Made by a program: the position numbers and the translations under genes | IMG/VR virus record: IMGVR_UViG_3300029483_000015 | Reading direction: 5' to 3' (one strand) | Source: a virus | DNA length: 45,926 nt | Shown: positions 42,030 to 45,926 of the stretch, in pieces | Numbering within the stretch: position 1 is the first letter of the stretch | Layout: every line of letters starts with the position of its first letter | Notes under the pieces: generated by a model | The model's input: the letters and a program-made list of their open reading frames with translations, nothing else | Database searches by the model: none | What the model was told of the DNA's origin: nothing

Positions 42030-42798
42030 GAAGCCCAATGAGATCAAAGAAATCCCGCACGTCGATGAGGACGGCTACTTTGATGGCATGGTGACCTGCA
42101 TGGCCGACGCGAAGGGCTCGCTGATGCTCGGCGCGGACTGCTATGACATCGCCGCCCCCGAAGACGATGGGAAGCACTTTTTCAAGCTGTCTGCCGACAA
42201 AAATGGCTGGGTGGCGGAAGCTATTCCGCAAACAGTCGAGGAATGCGTCGGCATCGTGCTCGATCATCACAAACAGACGGAAAGAATTCACAAACTCCGC
42301 ACGGCTTTCGATGAGCTCACGAAGAACTCGACGACCTATCGCCTGGTCCAAGACCCGGAAACGAATGCCCGCTCGATCGAAAAGATTCCGGAACAGACTG
42401 TTGAGGAAGCGCGCTCCGAGAAGATGCGGGCCCTCGACTCTGCCTTTACGTCTTGGTATGAGGACGGCGCGACACTAAAGTCTTCTCTGGGCTTCGAAGC
42501 CGACTCGGACTCCCGCGCCATGCAGGACGTGAACGGCCTAGTCACGGCGGAGGAATCTTCGGCCGCCTTCGTGGACACGGAGAGCGGGGGCGGTCTGATC
42601 TTCATGGACGCCAACAACGTTGGGCATCAAGTCAGTATTGACCAGCTCAAGACTCTGCAGCTCGAAATTATTCAGGCTGGACAGGCAGCCTATCAGGAAA
42701 AGTGGAAGTTGCGCGACGCGATTGAAAAGGCGAAGACGAAAGAGGAGCTGGAAAAGATCGTCATCGCCTTCCATCCGGTTGACTTCTCGACGAAGTGA
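42028..42798 (+). CDS. Tail fibre assembly / chaperone-like protein (DUF4376-like C-terminus)
   Basis: 256 aa from the ATG at 42028. The C-terminal FMDANNVGHQVSIDQLKTLQLEIIQAGQAAYQEKWKLRDAIEKAKTKEELEKI fits the fibre-assembly family pattern. Confidence 0.55.
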   Translation: MKPNEIKEIPHVDEDGYFDGMVTCMADAKGSLMLGADCYDIAAPEDDGKHFFKLSADKNGWVAEAIPQTVEECVGIVLDHHKQTERIHKLRTAFDELTKNSTTYRLVQDPETNARSIEKIPEQTVEEARSEKMRALDSAFTSWYEDGATLKSSLGFEADSDSRAMQDVNGLVTAEESSAAFVDTESGGGLIFMDANNVGHQVSIDQLKTLQLEIIQAGQAAYQEKWKLRDAIEKAKTKEELEKIVIAFHPVDFSTK

Positions 42799-42980
42799 TG
42801 TGGCGCTATCTGAAGCAGGTGCTCATCGCCTTTGATCAGCTCTTGAAGCTCCCCCGTTTAAAAACGGAGGATTCACTATGACACTCTCAAGGCTTTTTCA
42901 GGGGGCAATGCCGCCTGAACGTTGATGGGCTCGTCATTGCCGTCATTATTGCGGCGTGGCTGATCGGCAAGAGGCGTTAA
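42798..42980 (+). pseudogene. Small TM-protein ORF interrupted in frame by repeat copy 2
   Basis: MWRYLKQVLIAFDQLL.. runs into the element and meets TGA. Downstream, the same frame continues ..NVDGLVIAVIIAAWLIGKRR-stop. ATG overlaps the upstream stop (TGATG). Confidence 0.3.
42843..42922 (+). repeat. 80-bp repeat element, copy 2
   Basis: Differs from copy 1 by a few substitutions and one small indel. Confidence 0.7.
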
Positions 42981-43036
42981 GCCGCAGGGATCGTTCTTCT
43001 TCGGGAGTTCGGCCCCTCTTGCTATCTGTCTGCTCA

Positions 43037-43062
43037 GGCCCGCCAATGCGCGGGCTTTTTTT
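43037..43062 (+). terminator. Rho-independent terminator
   Basis: GCCCGC-CAAT..GCGGGC followed by TTTTTTT. Confidence 0.6.
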
Positions 43063-43620
43063 ATGGGTGAATTGATGCTCTATGTGAAATGGATATGTCT
43101 GTTACCGCTGAGCTTCGTCATGGCGGTCGTTGGGAGGCTGCTCGCGCCGATCCTGCCGTTCTTCGCGAAGTCAGACGGCTATCTGCCCTCGTGGCTTTCG
43201 TGGTTTCAGACGCCTGACAACCCTCTTGATGGCGACAAAGGCCATTGGGAGCGCTGGCCGGGTACCTCGGCGTGGGCCACCTACAGACGACGGGTTGCGT
43301 GGCTTCTCCGGAACGTCTGCTACGGCTTCGATATCTCGGTGCTCGGGCAGAAGACTAAGCCGGGAGACTGGCTCGACATGGACGGGCAGGAAGGCGTGTC
43401 CGATCAGCCTTACGGAAAGTCCGGCTACTGGCTTAAGCGCGTCTATCGCGGCGAAAAGCTGGCCTGCTGGCACCTCTATGTCATCCGGCAGTGGAGCTTA
43501 CTGCCGTCGAAGTGCCTGCGCATTTCAATGGGATGGAAGCTCTTCAGCTTTGACGGCTTGAAAGAGGAGACGCATCAGCTCACCTGCTATTGCAACCCTT
43601 TAAAAACTTTCAAACAGTAA
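43063..43620 (+). CDS. Membrane-anchored hypothetical protein (moron position before lysis genes)
   Basis: 185 aa. N-terminal TM segment, then LPSWLSWFQTPDNPLDGDKGHWERW, a motif I recall from a conserved phage family of unknown function. Confidence 0.55.
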   Translation: MGELMLYVKWICLLPLSFVMAVVGRLLAPILPFFAKSDGYLPSWLSWFQTPDNPLDGDKGHWERWPGTSAWATYRRRVAWLLRNVCYGFDISVLGQKTKPGDWLDMDGQEGVSDQPYGKSGYWLKRVYRGEKLACWHLYVIRQWSLLPSKCLRISMGWKLFSFDGLKEETHQLTCYCNPLKTFKQ

Positions 43621-43630
43621 GGAGGTCGTT

Positions 43631-43855
43631 ATGACTAAGGAAGGAGTTCTCGCCAAGCTCAAGGAGCTCGGTCTCGACGTGAACGGCGCAACGGAAGAAG
43701 TGATCCAGAAGGCGCAGGCGTGGCTTGAAGACCAGAAGGCTCAGCTCGACACCGAGACGCGCCGCAAGGTGCGCGCTTTCTGGATCGGCGTCACTGCCGT
43801 GGGCATTGTCCTCGGCATCGCTGCAGGCTGGTTCGGGCGCTCCATGATCGGGTGA
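43631..43855 (+). CDS. Tail-anchored small membrane protein (possible holin partner)
   Basis: 74 aa with a C-terminal TM segment (FWIGVTAVGIVLGIAAGWF). AAGGAGG RBS. Confidence 0.5.
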   Translation: MTKEGVLAKLKELGLDVNGATEEVIQKAQAWLEDQKAQLDTETRRKVRAFWIGVTAVGIVLGIAAGWFGRSMIG

Positions 43856-43859
43856 CGCC

Positions 43860-44357
43860 ATGCACTCGCTTCTACCGGTAGGGGCGGAGGCGGCGTGGAT
43901 AAAGATAGGTGCGGTATTGGGGGTGATCTGGGGGGCGACTCTTGAGAGTGTTGCCCCCTTGGTCTATTGGTATCTGGCCTTCATGGCGGCCGACCTTCTC
44001 ACCGGGATATGGGCCGCCTGCCGGACCGGGACTTTCAGCTCAAAGCGCCTTAGCTTTGGGATGGCGAAGAAGGGACTTGCCTTTTTCATCATCACGCTTG
44101 CGCACGGGATCGACGTGAGCTTCTGGTTCGTGCTCCACGACATGCCACTTTTTCAAAGCGTGACGCTCTGCGCCTATGCCTGCGGCGAATTCGGCTCGAT
44201 CGTCGAAAACATCGAGCGGGCGGGTTTCGGAGATGCACTGCCTCCAGTCCTCAAGAAACTTTTCTTGTCGCTTGAGAAGCGCCTTGAGAATGCCGTGGAC
44301 TCCAAGCTCGATCAGATCGGGCTTGATGATGAGGAGAAAGACAAGAAGACCAAATAG
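43860..44357 (+). CDS. Holin (phage_holin_4_1-like)
   Basis: 165 aa with multiple TM segments. Motifs AADLLTGIWAA..SSKRLSFGMAKKG and GEFGSIVENIERAG fit this holin family. Confidence 0.7.
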   Translation: MHSLLPVGAEAAWIKIGAVLGVIWGATLESVAPLVYWYLAFMAADLLTGIWAACRTGTFSSKRLSFGMAKKGLAFFIITLAHGIDVSFWFVLHDMPLFQSVTLCAYACGEFGSIVENIERAGFGDALPPVLKKLFLSLEKRLENAVDSKLDQIGLDDEEKDKKTK

Positions 44358-44393
44358 CAAAAGCCGCTCGGGAGCGAACCGGGCGGCTTTTTT
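44357..44393 (+). terminator. Terminator, lysis-region family copy 1
   Basis: GCAAAAGCCGCTCGGGAGCGAACCGGGCGGCTTTTTT. Confidence 0.6.
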
Positions 44394-44431
44394 GTTCTTT
44401 ACGAACATGAATTAGCAAGAGGATTGTACCA

Positions 44432-44647
44432 ATGAACACTGAAGAGCGCATAGCTCGCCTGGAAGGTTTTATGAACAAGTTTGAGGAAGAGCGTATTCGA
44501 AGTGAAGAGCGAACTCGCATAGAAATCGAACTTGCGGAGGCGCGACTAAAGAAGATGCGTCGCATGTGGGAGTTCTTCAAGGTAGTACTGAGCCCGATCA
44601 TTGCCGCCGTTGTGACGGCAATAGTCATGCAGTACATACAAAAATGA
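44432..44647 (+). CDS. Tail-anchored coiled-coil membrane protein
   Basis: 71 aa with a C-terminal TM segment (VVLSPIIAAVVTAIVMQYI). Confidence 0.5.
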   Translation: MNTEERIARLEGFMNKFEEERIRSEERTRIEIELAEARLKKMRRMWEFFKVVLSPIIAAVVTAIVMQYIQK

Positions 44648-44659
44648 AAATCAGAATAC

Positions 44660-44696
44660 GCAAAAGCCGCTCGGAGGCGAACCGGGCGGCTTTTTT
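44660..44696 (+). terminator. Terminator, lysis-region family copy 2
   Basis: GCAAAAGCCGCTCGGAGGCGAACCGGGCGGCTTTTTT. Nearly identical to copy 1. Confidence 0.6.
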
Positions 44697-44719
44697 ATAG
44701 GCAATTGTTTCGAGGGCCT

Positions 44720-44884
44720 ATGGGAGACATTTTAAATGCTTTGAAGATCGGAGAGCTCATGACTGCAGATGATTTGACATGGCAGGCGACGGCCATCCTG
44801 GTCGTCCTCATCGCTTTCGGTGTTGCCGTCGTCGCGTGCGTCGCCGGGAAGGCCGTGAAGATTTGGCGTGATGCTCTGAAGTGA
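44720..44884 (+). CDS. Small single-TM protein (54 aa)
   Basis: Hand translation: MGDILNALKIGELMTADDLTWQATAILVVLIAFGVAVVACVAGKAVKIWRDALK. Confidence 0.4.
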   Translation: MGDILNALKIGELMTADDLTWQATAILVVLIAFGVAVVACVAGKAVKIWRDALK

Positions 44885-44890
44885 GGGACT

Positions 44891-45304
44891 ATGACCGCTC
44901 GAGGAATTCGGAACAACAACCCGGGGAATCTCCGGCACGGGGAAGACTGGCTCGGACTTGCTCCGGTGCAGGATGATCAGAATTTCTGCACATTTACAGA
45001 AATGCACTTTGGTGTGAGGGCGCTCCTGAAAACCCTTCGCACCTACGTAGAGAAGCGAGGATGCGACACCGTGAGCAAAATCATCACCCGATGGGCTCCG
45101 GAAAATGAAAACGATACGGCCTCATATGTGCTTCATGTCGCGACGGCCTGCCGCCGTGATCCCGATGAAGGTCTGAACTTCGAGGCCGACCCGCTCCTCT
45201 ATCTGGACATCGCGAAGGCGATCGCCCGACATGAGTGCGGCGTCGATGCTGAAGCGATCACGGATGATGCGTGGGAAGTGGGCCTCAAGGAGGCCGGGCT
45301 GTGA
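44891..45304 (+). CDS. Putative endolysin (RNNNPGN-motif peptidoglycan hydrolase family)
   Basis: 137 aa. GIRNNNPGNLRHGEDWLGL...FGVRALLKTLRTY...ITRWAPENENDT. Lies between the holin and spanins. Confidence 0.55.
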   Translation: MTARGIRNNNPGNLRHGEDWLGLAPVQDDQNFCTFTEMHFGVRALLKTLRTYVEKRGCDTVSKIITRWAPENENDTASYVLHVATACRRDPDEGLNFEADPLLYLDIAKAIARHECGVDAEAITDDAWEVGLKEAGL

Positions 45305-45711
45305 CCTATCTGAAGATCGCGGGCGCACTGCTTGCGGTGCTTCTGGCTTTCGGAGGCGGCTATCGCTATGCCGCCGCGCTTTACGAAAAGGACGCGGCGG
45401 AGCTTCGGGAAGCCGAGGCCGTTGCCCGTGCCGATATGGGGAGGAAGCAATATGCGAAGATGGTTGAAGCGCTGGACGCTCTTGCCGGCCTGCGCGGTGA
45501 GCTTGCCGATGCTCGCGCTGATGCTGAACGGGTGCGCCGCGCCGCCGAGGTACGTGAGCGAAGAGCCAGCGCCTCTGCCTGCGGTGCTGAGCGAGCCGCA
45601 GTCTCCGCGTGCGAAGGACTTCTCAGAGAAAGTGTCGGACTTCTCGCGGAGGGTCGAGGACTACTTCAGGAAACAGCCGGAGTTCACGACGCCGCAATAG
45701 GGGTGAAGTAG
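45301..45711 (+). CDS. Rz: Inner-membrane spanin (Rz-like)
   Basis: 136 aa from the GTG at 45301. N-terminal TM segment (IAGALLAVLLAFGGGY), then a charged coiled-coil region. Confidence 0.7.
   Translation: MTYLKIAGALLAVLLAFGGGYRYAAALYEKDAAELREAEAVARADMGRKQYAKMVEALDALAGLRGELADARADAERVRRAAEVRERRASASACGAERAAVSACEGLLRESVGLLAEGRGLLQETAGVHDAAIGVK
45452..45700 (+). CDS. Rz1: Outer-membrane lipoprotein spanin (Rz1-like) embedded in Rz
   Basis: 82 aa in the +1 frame. Lipobox LALMLNGC. Pro-rich. GGAGGAAG RBS. Confidence 0.7.
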   Translation: MRRWLKRWTLLPACAVSLPMLALMLNGCAAPPRYVSEEPAPLPAVLSEPQSPRAKDFSEKVSDFSRRVEDYFRKQPEFTTPQ

Positions 45712-45767
45712 CTCTATACTTTTTTGGGCGGATGTTTCCTGCCGAAACAGTCCTAGCAACTGTCCTA

Positions 45768-45788
45768 AGTACACCAAGAAGTACACCA
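45768..45788 (+). promoter_or_regulatory. Candidate integrase arm-type sites, right side
   Basis: AGTACACCA twice in tandem (45768-45776 and 45780-45788). Shares the GTACACCA core with the left-arm sites. Confidence 0.4.
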
Positions 45789-45827
45789 CCGTGACAGGTG
45801 CATTTTGAAATCGGTGTGAGAGAAGCT

Positions 45828-45926
45828 ATCTTGAATCCTCTCACCCCGACCAGGATTCTTAAAAAGGTCGTCGCAAGACGGCCTTTTTTGTTGTGTCTAA
45901 CTCTACAGGTCCCTTGCGGCTCTAGG
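45828..45926 (+). repeat. attR-type copy of the terminal direct repeat
   Basis: Identical to 1-99. Confidence 0.8.

Larger units (their letters stand above)
1..45926. mobile_element. Complete temperate phage genome (integrated prophage, or circular contig opened at att) with contractile-tail morphogenesis genes
   Basis: Integrase at the left end, CI/Cro switch, replication genes, a terminase-to-lysis late operon, and identical 99-bp sequence at both window ends. Confidence 0.85.

Overview
The window is one complete temperate phage of about 45.7 kb. It is either an integrated prophage or a circular phage contig opened at att. An identical direct repeat of at least 99 bp sits at both ends (1-99 = 45828-45926).

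Gene order, left to right:
- P4-type integrase, then an AT-rich XRE/ImmA module.
- A minus-strand early-left operon: Rha antirepressor, YqaJ exonuclease, AlpA-type excisionase.
- An immunity region: an S24-peptidase CI-type repressor flanked by two pairs of ATAG-N6-CTAT operators, and a Cro-like gene.
- Replication genes (an initiator with internal iterons and a DnaC-like loader), RusA, and a Q-position late regulator followed by a terminator.
- A HicAB moron.
- A plus-strand late operon: TerS, TerL, portal, MuF-like protein, scaffold, collagen-like protein, major capsid, connectors, sheath, tube, chaperones, tape measure, baseplate, three fibre genes and a fibre-assembly gene.
- A lysis cassette: holin, endolysin, Rz and Rz1.

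The most unusual observations:
1. terL carries a 315-codon intein. Its HNH endonuclease is a separate ORF with its own Shine-Dalgarno, in a different reading frame from the intein, so about 670 nt are dual-coding.
2. A four-cassette invertible shufflon encodes the C-terminal tip of a tail-collar fibre. It lies next to a second tyrosine recombinase, and no serine invertase is present.
3. A conserved box plus a covarying hairpin occurs three times in the operon downstream of the pL-like promoter. Two copies head tandem cassettes that encode small WYL-like proteins.
4. Two repeat families are present: an array of tiny membrane-protein ORFs each followed by a conserved terminator, and an 80-bp element that flanks the host-range module.

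All calls rest on reading the sequence and the supplied ORF translations. No database search was run.
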